This document shows positions 38,330 to 50,282 of a stretch of 64,000 nucleotides of DNA, in pieces; within the stretch, counting starts at the first letter, position 1; each line of letters begins with the position of its first letter. Made by a program: the position numbers and the translations under genes. Source of the DNA: Octopus sinensis (Eukaryota); contig NC_043009.1 in NCBI RefSeq assembly GCF_006345805.1, positions 71,424,001 to 71,488,000 of the forward strand, given 5' to 3'. The notes under the pieces were generated by a model. It was not told the origin of the DNA, did no database searches, and was given only the letters and a program-made list of their open reading frames with translations.

Positions 38330-40390
38330 TCCATGGTCACAGTCAAACCAGAGATTTCTGGAAACTTCCCATGGGCACCAGCCAGAATGTCTTCTGGAAC
38401 AGACCAGCTGGTTGGTCTTCTTTGACAACAAGGGTCTCTCCAAGAATATCACTGCTCTTGCTCACCACTAACTCTTTATAGAATGCCATGGTGGAACTTC
38501 AACCAACCACACAGCTCGACTGGTAGAAGGTTGTGAATGGTTGGCAATATTCCTGATGCTGAGAGCCCCATCTTGGTCTTTGCTTGACTCAGAACAGCAA
38601 CTCTGTAAAAGAGACGAGCTATGGGAATAGCAGTTCGACAAACGGCATCCACACTTGTTCACGGTCGAGGAATTGCAACAAGTGTCATGGCTTCAGTGCA
38701 TGTCTGCACAAGATGCCCAGTCTCCCACTTTGCATCTGTTGACAGCAAATCGAGCTCTTGACCAGAGGGATGTCTCCTCCACAGAAGGCAGAAGAGCAAT
38801 CAGATGTGAAGTGAGGCCAGTCATGATGATCAGACAATAACATGTGATGGAGGTGTTCACCAGTTCTACCCGACCATTTAAGGGTAGCTTTCTTTCAGTG
38901 AGTTTCTAAGTGACACTGGCCATCTAGTTATCTACCTGGTCCTCACCCCGGGAATTGAACAAAACCATACCCCCAAATAATTTAAAGAATCTGTCCAGTG
39001 CCCTACGACCTGGTTGGATGGCATCGACTTGCCTCTACAAATACTGGACGACTGGTCCACTGACTTTTCTTGGTCATTTTCTCTTCTGACTGCCTCATAG
39101 TTCCTTTGAGCATTACTGATTACCATCATGTAGTTGGTGTCCAAACACTATGATGGATACATCATCTACATATACCAACATGGTCTTTCTGTATGAAGGA
39201 TGCACCACAATTTTTCTAGTATCAATGGAGGTGACTTCAGAATTGGTAACATACGGAAGAGACAAGAGGAGACAACCATGGCAGAATGAGCAAAAAGATG
39301 CTGAATGGTTCTGACAGGTGACAATTCCCACCCACCCACTGATCAGGTGTCACAGTACATTTTAGCAATCCAACTGCAGAAGACAGGACCAAAACCGATG
39401 CCTTGAGGAGAGCCACCAAATATTGGTAGTTAACCCAATTGAAAGCTTTTTAAGTGATCTAAATTGATTGTGACCCCACCTAAGCCAGGTTCCTTGCCAA
39501 CCCTCTTGGTGATGTACTGCACAAAGTAAAGGTTGCTGTGGTGAGACCTGTCTGGGAAGAGAGACAACATCAATGACAAGGGCCAACCTCTTGCTAATTA
39601 GTCAAAGTTTGAAACAGCAGAGTTATGAATTGAAAATTATCAATAACCCCTTCTTGCTAGGATCCTTTCTCAGCAATGCCACAACTTCTTGACAAACACA
39701 ACTGGGAATTCACTCATTCATTCTGCTGCCAATTGTGGTGAATGTCTGCTTCAAGGGTTCCACACACGTCTGGCATGTAAAGATAAAGTTTGTAGAGCAG
39801 ACCATTCAAATTAGGTGATTTGCCCCTGCCATGAAGCCAGCCACCACTTTCTGTATATTTTTAGCAGATATCAGATTTTCACAACAGACTGCCTCTCCCA
39901 TCCAAGTCCATTCTGCGATCAAGCCTGACTTTTGTCCCAAACAGTTGAACATACAGCTGTTTGAGTTTGAGTAACACGTGCCCACCATAATCAGTCAAAG
40001 ACCAAATCATAGCTTTGTCACTTGGGTTCATCAGACAGCTTTTGTTTCCTTGTATGTTAGAGCCTTAGCTCTGACAATGAAGCCTTCATGCTCTGCACTG
40101 AAGAATTGGTCAAACACCAATTTCATTGCAAGTATGCTAGTTGCAATGCATTTCCGAAGCATCTCCAACTTTCTCTCTCTTGCTAATCTAATTTCTTCTA
40201 TCACAGCATCCTGACTAAATCACTCCTTTTATTGACAGCACACCACTACTTGTTGTTAATGAGTGCCCTGTCAATGCCTGCGCCACTTGTTTGCTAATCT
40301 GGCCTCTGTAAGCTTGGTACACCAGGAGCAAGTCATTCAGAGTCCAGGTCCCTGCCTACAGAACCTATCTAAGTCAACCATAAAGATCAT
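38330..40390 (-). mobile_element. Degenerate Tx1/L1-clade LINE ORF2 relic (post-endonuclease linker, RT, post-RT region)
   Basis: FCHGCLLLSLPYV..MLVYVDDVSIIV (RT QGCPLSPLLY/YADD equivalents) and IPLVKSSICCQQMQSGRLG; many stops. Confidence 0.8.
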
Positions 40391-41029
40391 AAATTTATGG
40401 TCTGAATAGCTGATGATTTTCAATTGCAGACATCCTATGCTGTCTATATCTACTGGTTGACAGAATACTCTAGATACGATCACGATACGACTCAAAGCAA
40501 TTGTCCCTATCGACAGAGACGCATTCAGGAAATCCAGTTGGTATCTTCAAGACATAGATATTGTAGTGTCTTCATTTTTGTGTTGAGGTTAGATGGTGGT
40601 GGGGAAAGTAGAACTGAGGTGTGGAGATGCGTTGGCCAAACAATTTTGGTTTTCTCATCTTCATTCTCAGTTGCTGCTGCCTTTGTTTTCATTGTTATTG
40701 CTTTAATTTATTTTGTTTAATTGTTATTGTTGTTGATATTGTTTTACAACACTGGGGGTGCCTTGTTTTAAAGGTGGGGAGGCAAGAAAATTCAATGCAA
40801 TACTTTCTTGATATTTTTAAAGAAATGGGCAAATGTTACAACATAAATCACAAATTCTTCCATAAAGGATGAAAATATATTGGAACCAAGCAGCAACAAT
40901 TGTGTCATAGCTGCTGATGTGACAGACACACATCAAGGCATCAAGCACTTTGAATACAAATGTTTGGAAAATGGTTAAAATAAAACAAAACTTATGAGCA
41001 AAAATGTTGCAGACACCACAAAAAAAAAA

Positions 41030-41037
41030 ATAATAAC

Positions 41038-41111
<74 letters not shown>

Positions 41112-41140
41112 TAATAATAATAATAACAACAACAACAGCA
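41030..41140. repeat. (AAT)n microsatellite grading into (AAC)/(AGC)
   Basis: Direct reading. Confidence 0.98.
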
Positions 41141-41630
41141 GCAACAAGGGAAAACAAAATGAATGTGAATGAACTGATAAAAGGTATTAGGTATGAAAAA
41201 TGGATGCAATGCAAAGAGGATTCTCTACACATGCGATTAATAATTCAAATTCATTTGAAAATAAAAACAGAAAACAAACAATACAAATACAGAATGAAAA
41301 AAAAGTCTCAAAAATAACATCATCATCATCATCATCAGGATCATTACATTAAAGTTGATCCATTGTAGGTTTGTTAATAAATGAAACAAATGAGATTTGT
41401 AATTTTGTTCCAGCTTTAAATGTTACTTAATTGGTTATCTCTGATTAAAAACAAGAAGAAGAAAAAAAAAAGGCACCATCAACGGTTGAGATGCGCATTT
41501 TGACATTTTCTGCAATTAATCATTGTCATTGAAATTAATATTGAGAATGTGATTAACTCTTTCCTAAGAGTACAGATGGCACCACCAGACAACCAGACAA
41601 TACTTCCTATCAACGTCACTTGCCATTTCT

Positions 41631-41970
41631 TCACGTCTTCCCACTTGTTTCAGTCACTGGACTGCAGATCATGCTGCAGCATGGCCTTGAGGAACTTTTA
41701 GGCGAACCAATCAACTTCAGCACTTGCTTTTTGTCTTTTTTTAAGACGGGTACTTACTCTATTGGTCACTTTTGCAGAACCACTAAGTTGTAGGGACGTA
41801 AGCACAGCCAACACCAGTTGTCAAGCAGTGGTGAGGGACAAACACACACACACACGATGGGATTTTTCAGTTTCCATTTACCAAATCCACTCACAAGGCT
41901 TTGACAGCCCAAGGTGCCATGCAGTGGGACTGAACCGGGAACCATATGGTTTTATCACACAGCCATACCT
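41631..41970 (-). mobile_element. Family-B SINE (further partial copies near 35580-35730, 36050-36150, 42090-42220, 61270-61340)
   Basis: cttgtttcagtcactggactgc..ccaaatccactcacaaggc..ggactgaaccgggaacc..cacacagcca. Confidence 0.8.
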
Positions 41971-44702
41971 AGACAATTTACGCAACAAATACATCTCTTA
42001 ACAATTTGTTTCTGGAAACCATTTTTGTGGATCCATACACCTGGGTATGACTGAATATTTTCAAATGAACATACACTTTACATACGTAACAGGCTTCTTT
42101 CAGTTTCCATCTCCCAAAGCCATGGGCTACAGAAGAACACATTTGGCCAAAGCAGACTGCAGCAGGACTGAACCCCAAAGCCAAACAGTTGGAATGCAAG
42201 TCACTTGACCACATGTCCAACGGCCAGAGTGCAACGAGGCTGGAACAAGGAAAGGAAGTCATACAAAAACACAAACACACATTCATATGCCCATTTGTGT
42301 GTGTGTATAGAGCTGTAGCTATGAATGGACAGGTGGAGAGGGAGAGGTAGATATGGAAAGACAGAGTGAGAGAGAGAGAGAGAGAGAGAGAGTGATAAAG
42401 AGACAGAGTGATAGAGAGACAGAGTGATAGAGAGACGAATAGAGATATATAAAAAGACAGACAGAGTGATAAGGAGACAGAGGGACAGACACATATCTGT
42501 ATTAGAGTCCTTTGTTCTAGTTTATAACTAAATGCAAAAAGGTGAAGGTCAGTCATAACTAGGGCAGACAAAGTTGGGAGGAAATGGGAGAGCAATATTG
42601 TTGTTATTATTATTATTATTATTATTATCATTAAAACTAGAAGCAAGAGTTATTAAAAAAACGTTACTATAGTAACTCCCAAGTCACAAAACTAATGTCA
42701 TTTTGTAAACTCGTTGGCTGGAAAATTAAATATCCCATTTAATGTCTTTTATTTACAGACCACCCCCTCTCTCTCAATCTATATATATAGATATATATAG
42801 ATATATATATATATATATAGATATTATAAAGAGAGTTTGTGTTTGTGCGTGTGTGTATGTTCCTTAAGCATTCAAAATGTGAGTTGCTGATTTTGACGTA
42901 TGGAGGAGTATCAAGAGATTCAGTAATCTTTCGGCAACCAAATAAACTGTTTTTGGCACAACAACTCTTGTTTATTACTAAAATAACCTCTGAAACAAAG
43001 TCAGGTCACACAATTTTGAGATCATTTTCAGGCAATATTTCGATTTGCTTCTATGTTTCACTTTCGTCCGATGCTTAATGCATGAATAGAATTCTACTCA
43101 GACAAACATTTATGAAAATGTATCCATAAATATGGTATCAAAATAAGCCACAACCAAAAAAGTTTCATTAAAAGACATCCATTATTCTATATGTCATAAA
43201 GAAATACACTCTCTCTCTCACTCACATGCACACAAAAAAAATGTATGCACATGTATTTTTGTACGTGTATATGAAAGATAATGTGTTAGAGAGAGAGAGA
43301 GAGAGTGAGTGAGTGCCATTTACATGCAAAAAAATACACAACAACACACATCTTCACTCACTTACTCTCTCTCTCTCTCACATACACACATCCATACATC
43401 CTTCACTTTCTGCTCTCACTTCAAAGCAAATGTTGTCTTTTCATTTTCTCTTCTCTTTCAATTTCTGCTTTCTTCAAAGGATAAAGAAATAAAATTTTTT
43501 TCTGGAAATTAACGAACAATCATGATCCCATATGATTGAGTTTACAACGTTGCTGCTTCAAATGAAAGAATGCCATAAAATAACTTCCTTTCTCACACAC
43601 ACACACACACACTAGATAAAACTTCTGTGCAAATTATGATATTTCTTGTCGTGTGCATGTGCAAAATTACAGCTCAAATCCAATTGAAATGACATTTTTC
43701 TATTCCGTAATTTGTTTGTGATGAGCATATTTGAAAACCTGATCTTCAGTATAAACTTAAAAGGAAATTTCCCAGAAATCCTGTCCTTTACCTGCTGTTT
43801 CTAGCATGTTCAAGGTGACATTTGCACTCCACCCCTTAGGTTTTTCCTTAATTTCTTTCAATTCCTATGTTTTCAATACAGGAGATTAGGATTTCACCCA
43901 AAAACCACGTTCTCAATTTTTTAATTTTCTCCCTCCCCACCCCAATTTTTTCATTTGTTTTACTTTTTTCCAAATATTTTTCTTGGTAATCCACAGAGAA
44001 AACAACAGAGAGTAGAAACTTTATGAATTTTCTTTTTTTCTTAAAGAAACACTAAAATTTCCTTCCCAACCATCCACCCATCACCTCCCAATGTTTCACT
44101 TTTAGCTTTCTGGAAAGCATGGAGGTTTCATCAGAAATAATATCATTTACCTGTTGTTTCTAGCATGTTGGGTTTTCTGATAGTGGTCTGGTATTTTTTA
44201 CGTCTGCTATTTCAGTAAAATTCTATGCATGAAAGATCAAATGAAAGTGAAACATTGGGATGTTTTAGCTTTTTGAAAGTGGGTAGGTGATGGGTGAGCA
44301 AGGTGAGGGAGGGGGCATTGAGGTTTCCTCAAGAAAAATTAAACAAAAATACAATATATATTTCCCAGATTCGTAATCTCTATTTTTCTACGTGGACAAA
44401 ACAAAAACAAAATTCGTAAAAATGTTACAAATTAAGAATATTTGTGGTTGGGTCAGGGGCAAATTAAAATTTTAAAAATGTGATTTCTGGGTAAAATCAT
44501 ATTAACGCCTTTTATACGATGAAACAAAATATAATTTGTGATCCTTCTTAAGAACAGAGAGCATTTTCATGCAAATTGTAACCCTCCCCACTGCCCCACT
44601 TCACTTCCATTCTGCCAGTAGGCCAGTTCCCTCTATATCAGCTGTGCCGATTCTGCCCAAAAGAAAGGAACAAATAATACAATGTGGCTGGAGGTCATGA
44701 CA

Positions 44703-45603
44703 CCCAGCCTTGCATAAACCTCCAATTCACATAGAGCCTGACATATTCTTTTATTTTCTTCTGTAACTTCTATGTCTCTTCCTCCAGGTTTCAGTTCATA
44801 TTCTCGTACTTGCCCAAAGGAATTGTGCTGCACACAGAAAGCCTGCTTCAGAACACTGTCAATATTATTCTCTAGGATCCAAACAAGGCTTCTGTGTAGT
44901 TCTGGGTCAACACTTTCTAAATCATCTAATGTGACAGGTTTGCCCAGAAGCTGTTTATAAAACGGCATGGTGAATCCTCCATCGATGTTGTGACCATGAA
45001 ATATTGCCATACCAATGATTCTTCCAACAAAATGGAAGGAGGATAAATGTTCAGGGTTGACAGCAGAATCTGGATTTATTTGTAAAGTATATATATCATC
45101 TCTTGAATACTGAAACAATCCATAATATGGATTAAGCATCTCATGAGATAATAGATATAACCATTCTCTAGCAACACCCCCATAATCTAAGCCTTCCTCA
45201 CTTCGAAACTTTACCATTAATCGTTTTCGTAAATCTTTAGACCTCATTTTTATGACTTGTCGATAAGATTCTTCAAATATTTCTCCTCTTGATACTTCCA
45301 ATTGACAATGACCAGCCTGAGGCTGAAGATCATTAAGTTGACGTCGTAACTCTTTCAGCTTTTGGACAAGGTCTCGCTTATATTTTGGTAAAGGCCCAGG
45401 CGCACTGTTCTCTTTATCAGCAATTTGCATTTTCTGTTGTATCAATCCAATATTGGCTGAGAGGCGAGGATCAGTGAACTGTGTCGTTCTATTGATATGG
45501 TTCACAAAATACATGTGTCCTGCTCCTGTGTATCTAATCTCCCAGCCTTGTGGCAACGGACCGAGTTCTTCTTCAGACACATTTGTAAGATCTCTTGGAA
45601 TGC
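44703..45603 (-). pseudogene. SMURF2: Processed, 5'- and 3'-truncated retrocopy of a SMURF1/2 HECT E3 ligase (last WW domain + HECT N-lobe)
   Basis: [92 protein letters not shown], uninterrupted over about 900 nt. A frameshift at EENK precedes [14 protein letters not shown]. No C2 domain and no catalytic C-lobe found. Confidence 0.9.
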
Positions 45604-45621
45604 ATTGCTAGTGTGTGTATG

Positions 45622-47805
45622 TCATCATCATCATCATCATCATTTAGCGTCCGTTTTCCATGCTAGCATGGGTTGGACGGTTCTACTGGGGTCTGTGAAG
45701 CCAGAAGGCTTCATCAGGCCCAGTCAAATCTGGCAGTGTTTCTACGGCTGGATGCCCTTCCTAACACCAACCACTCCGTGAGTGTAGTGGGTGCTTTTTA
45801 CGTGCCACCCGCACTGGTGCCAGACAGAGCTGGCAAACGGCCACGAACGGATGGTGCTTTTTATGTGCCACCGGCACGAGGGCCAGGCGAGGCTGGCAAC
45901 GGACACGAAACGGGGCGGTGCTGGCAACGGTCGCGAAACGGAAAGTTCTCTTACATGCCACCGGCACTGGTAACACATCTGCAATTTCCATTGATCGATT
46001 TCCATTGATCGATTTCGATTCTGATCCTCACTTGCCTCAATGGGTCTTCACAAGCAGAGTTTCGACATGCCACCGGCACTGGTAGCACATCCGCAATTTC
46101 CATTGATCGATTTCGATTCTGATCCTCACTTGCCTCAACACGTCTTCACAAGTAGAGTTTTGTGTCCCAAGAAGGGAAGGTATGCATACGTAGGCTGGCT
46201 CCATCCCATGTAGAAGGCCACGGGTTGTGGACTCACTTGTCCTGCCGGGTCTTCTCGCGCACAGCACACTTCCAGAGGTCTCGGTCTCTAGTCATTTCCT
46301 CAGTGAGACCTAAAGTTCGAAGGTCGTGCTTCACCACCTCGTCCCAGGTTTTCCTGGGTCTGCCTCTTCCACAGGTTCCCTCAACCGCTAGGGTGTGGCA
46401 CTTTTTCACACAACTATCTTCATCCATTCTCGCCACATGACCATACCAGCGCAAACGTCTCTCTTGCACACCACAACTGATGCTTCTTAGGTCCAGCTTT
46501 TCTCTCAAGGTACTTACACTCTGCCGAGTGTGAGTACCGGCATTACACATCCATCGGAGCATACTGGCTTCATTTCTAGCGAGCTTACGCATATCCTCAG
46601 CAGTCACGGCCCATGTTTCACTGCCATGTAGCATGGCTGTTCGTACACACGCATCATACAGTCTGCCTTTCACTCTGTGCGAGAGGCCTTTTGTCACCAG
46701 CAGAGGTAAGAGCTCTCTGAACTTTGCCCAAGCTATTCTTACTCTAGCAGTTACACTTTCAGCACACCCACCCCCGCTGCTGACTTGGTCACCTAGGTAA
46801 CGGAAACTATCAACTATTTCTAGTTTTTCTCCCTGGAAAGTGACGGAAGTTGGTCTCAGAGCATTTTCAGTGTTTATTGTTCCTGAGCATCTGCCACATA
46901 CAAAAACCATCTTCCTAGTTAGCCTTCCTTTGACATTGCTGCATCTCTTATGTGTCCATAGCTTACACTTGGTGCATCTTATAGAGTTTCTACCTACACC
47001 TTTTCTACAGATCGAGCAGGGCCATCTACCTGAAGGTGTTTGTGATTTGTCTACCTTCCTACTGATTACGACTTTGGTTTTAGCTAGATTGACTCTGAGG
47101 CCCTTCGATTCTAATCCTTGTTTCCACACCTGAAACTTCTCCTCCAGTTCTGATAGCGACTCAGCAATTAGAGCAAGGTCATCAGCATAGAGGAGCTCCC
47201 AAGGGCATCCTGTCTTGAATTCCTCCGTTATTGCCTGGAGGACTATGATAAATAGGAGGGGGCTGAGTACTGAGCCTTGGTGGACCCCTACCTCTACCCG
47301 GAATTCTTCACTGTACTCATTTCCAACCCTCACCCTACTAGCGGCGTCCCTATACATGGCCCGCACAGCTCTCACTAACCATTCATCTATCCCTAGTTTT
47401 CTCATTGCCCACCAGATAAGGGATCGGGGGACCCTGTCGAAGGCTTTCTCCATGTCAACAAAAGCCAGGTACAGGGGCTTATCTTTGGCTAGGTATTTCT
47501 CCTGCAGCTGCCTTACCAGGAATATAGCATCAGTAGTACTTTTCCCTGGCACAAACCCAAACTGCATCTCATCTAAACTAACTCTCTCTCTAATTAGTTG
47601 GGCTATGACCCTCTCCGTAACCTTCATCACCTGGTCCAACAGCTTGATACCGCTGTAGTTATTTGTATCTAGGGCATCACCTTTACCTTTGTAGCAGTTG
47701 ACTATTATACTGCTACACCAGTCATTGGGTATGACCCCTTTGTGTATCACCTGATTAACTATATGGGTGACTAGGCTATAGCCGACACTACCAGACATTT
47801 TGAGC
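45622..47805 (-). mobile_element. Young 5'-truncated RTE-clade LINE: open 521-aa RT ORF (46233-47798), 3' UTR and (TGA)n tail
   Basis: RT motifs LAFVDMEKAFDRVP, GVHQGSVLSPLLF, LLYADDL, FRYLG, and RTE-type RRLRWYGHVARM..GRGRPRKTW; no endonuclease domain; tail ..ggacgctaaatgatgatgatg. Confidence 0.95.
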
Positions 47806-47830
47806 GTGTGTGCGTGTATTTATATGTATA

Positions 47831-48344
47831 TCTATATATATAAAACTCTAGTTGTGTGAGTGTCTGTCTCCTACGATTTAGATTCCTAACTCCTCCCACA
47901 TTTTGCGGTGCAGTTTAACCAAATTCGGGTATCTTATAGTCGTAATTAATATCGAGCCCGTCTGGCTATTAGCGCGCGTCTACGATGAGTCTACGATTTT
48001 AAAAATAATTTAACATTTTTTATTCCATTTTAATGCATAATTTTTCGTGTGTCGATGGCGGCGGAGTTGGCGTCCACGCTCAAACACCTGCACCTGTGTT
48101 TGCTTCTCCCCCTTCTTCCCTCCCTCGTGAAGCTGTGGGGAAGGGAGTGTAAGGAAATCAACGTCGTAAAGCGTTGTCAAGGAGACCAACGTTCTTTTAG
48201 AACAACGACTTCATGGCTTGAAGACACCAAAACAGAAATGGCTAAGAAGGCCCGAATTGGCATCTATGAGGGAAGTAACTCTCTAAAAATGCTTATATAG
48301 TTATTTCCCTTACAAACCCGAGCAACGCCGGGCGATACTGCTAG
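47831..48344 (+). mobile_element. Non-autonomous Helitron (514 bp)
   Basis: 5' TCTATATATATAAAA, 3' GC-rich hairpin cccgagcaacgccggg 8 nt before terminal CTAG; sits in a (TA)n tract with no TSD. Confidence 0.85.
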
Positions 48345-48389
48345 CATATATATATAAACATATATACGTATATATATATATATATATAT

Positions 48390-48880
48390 GGCAAACCACA
48401 AATCCCTTCAGGTAGATGGCCCTGCTCGATCTGTAGTAGAAGTGAAGGTAGAAACTCTATAAGATGTACCCAGTGTAAGGTATGGACACATAAGAGGTGC
48501 AGCAATATCAAAGGAAGGCTAACTGGGAAGATAGCTTTTGTATGTGGCAGATGCTCGGGTGCAATAAACACTGACAATGCGCAGAGAACAACTTCCGCCA
48601 CATTCAAGGGAGAAAACCTAGAAGTTGTTGATAGCTTCCGTTACCTAGGTGGCCAAGTCAGTAGCGGGGGAGGGTGCTCTGAAAGTGTAGCTGCTAAAGT
48701 TCAGAGAGCTCTTACCCCTGCTAGTGACAAAGGGCCCCTTGCTCAGAGTAAAAGGTAGACTGTATGACGCATGTGTACGAACAGCCATGCTACATGGTAG
48801 TGAAACATAGGCTGTGACTGCTGAGGACATGCGTAAGCTCACAAGGAATGAAGCCAGTATGATCCGATGGATGTGTAATG
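48390..48880 (+). mobile_element. Degenerate internal RTE fragment (PHD finger to post-RT region), inverted relative to 45622-47805
   Basis: Nucleotide similarity to the reverse complement of about 46541-47055, with stops and a deletion. Confidence 0.9.
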
Positions 48881-49937
48881 TTTTACTAAGTCCTTTTACT
48901 AAGTCCACACAACAAGATTACTAACATTCTGCTATCTATTCCACATAAATATTTATAGTAACTATTTTCCTAGTGGTTATGTCACTCATTTGCTCCACTT
49001 AACCCTTTCAATGCCAACCCACCTGAGACCACCCCTACTTTTATGGTGCAAACGTTTTATTTTAAAAAGTGATCCAAATAGAATTCCCTGTTTAAATTTA
49101 ATGTTAGTTTATTTTCCAATTAACAACTTAATAAGGCGAAAGTTATTACAATATAATACCATTATTCTTTAAATTAACTGAAGGGATTATTTCACCAGTA
49201 ATATGGTAACAGACAGGTTAAACCAGACAGAACCAAGGTTGCACTCATGCCCATCAGGTAAATTTTAACACCTACACAAAATAATACAAGAGGCACCTGA
49301 AGAAGGGCAGAGAGTATAAGAACCTAAACACTGTGACTAACAATGAAGATAAGGTCACCATATTAAATTAGTGTATTATGATTCTATCAAATATCTCAGT
49401 TTTTCATCAATGATTTGATCCCTCACGGAATTTCCCACTTAACCACAATACAAAGACATGGTTTTGAAAATAACAAATTTAAAATGTAAAAAAGTTATCT
49501 TCTACAATTTGATATCAAGCATTTCTAAAATTACTTTTTACAATTTTTCTTTCTTTTTCCTAATTTTGATTTTAATCTTTGATCAGCTGAAAGGGAAGTG
49601 AATTATTTTGATAATTAAATTTCTAACACAGAACTTTTCCAAATTACACCCTTACAAAGCAGCAAACAGCCAAAGTCAGTTTAAGCAGTTCATAGTTGAT
49701 AGTCTGAATGAGAGGAGTTCAATCTTTGGCAAGTGGAGGCACATTGAAGAGGGTTTGAGGTGTAGTCAACATTGCACAAAGAAATACAAATATATAAAGA
49801 AAAGCAATTTCTAAAAACATTTCTTAAGAAAAGAAAAAGCAAGGAAAGTATTACCAACAAAAGTTGGGAAATTAAGCAACTCTTTAGAACTGAAGAGAAA
49901 CAAACCAAGTTTTGGCTTGTAAAGAAAACACTCTTAC

Positions 49938-50027
49938 CATTTGGCCTGTGTGTGGATTTCTATGCATGAATGGAGGTCCTCGGATATGATTCCACATCTG
50001 ACCTGATGTCATTGCAAATATAATGAT
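49938..50027 (-). CDS. TUSC3: TUSC3/MAGT1 exon 6: [30 protein letters not shown]
   Basis: 90 nt; acceptor ttcttctcctcAG, donor GTAAGA; invariant [12 protein letters not shown] motif of OST3/OST6 proteins. Confidence 0.97.
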
Positions 50028-50282
50028 CTGAGGAGAAGAAGAAGAGGAGCAAAAATATCAAAACAAATGGAGCAGTTTTCAGTCAACAACATTAACATCT
50101 GTGTCAGAACAATGATATAAACATGGGTTAAATAACCTGGCAATTTGGATATGGAGCCCAATAAGGTTCGAAATTCGATTAAGGCTGTTCATCATTTTTT
50201 TCAATCTGCGGAGAAATGGCTAACATTTGCCCTGTTTATAATTATACCATATGTGTAAGATATATATATATACATAAATATA

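Noticed and set aside
44633-45580. SMURF ORF as a functional nested gene
   Set aside because: It starts at a GTG inside the homology, frameshifts before the HECT C-lobe, has substitutions at conserved residues, and no other SMURF exons were found in the window.
47806-48880. Twin-priming inversion of a single RTE insertion
   Set aside because: The plus-strand fragment duplicates sequence already present in the minus copy and is more diverged, so it is a separate insertion.
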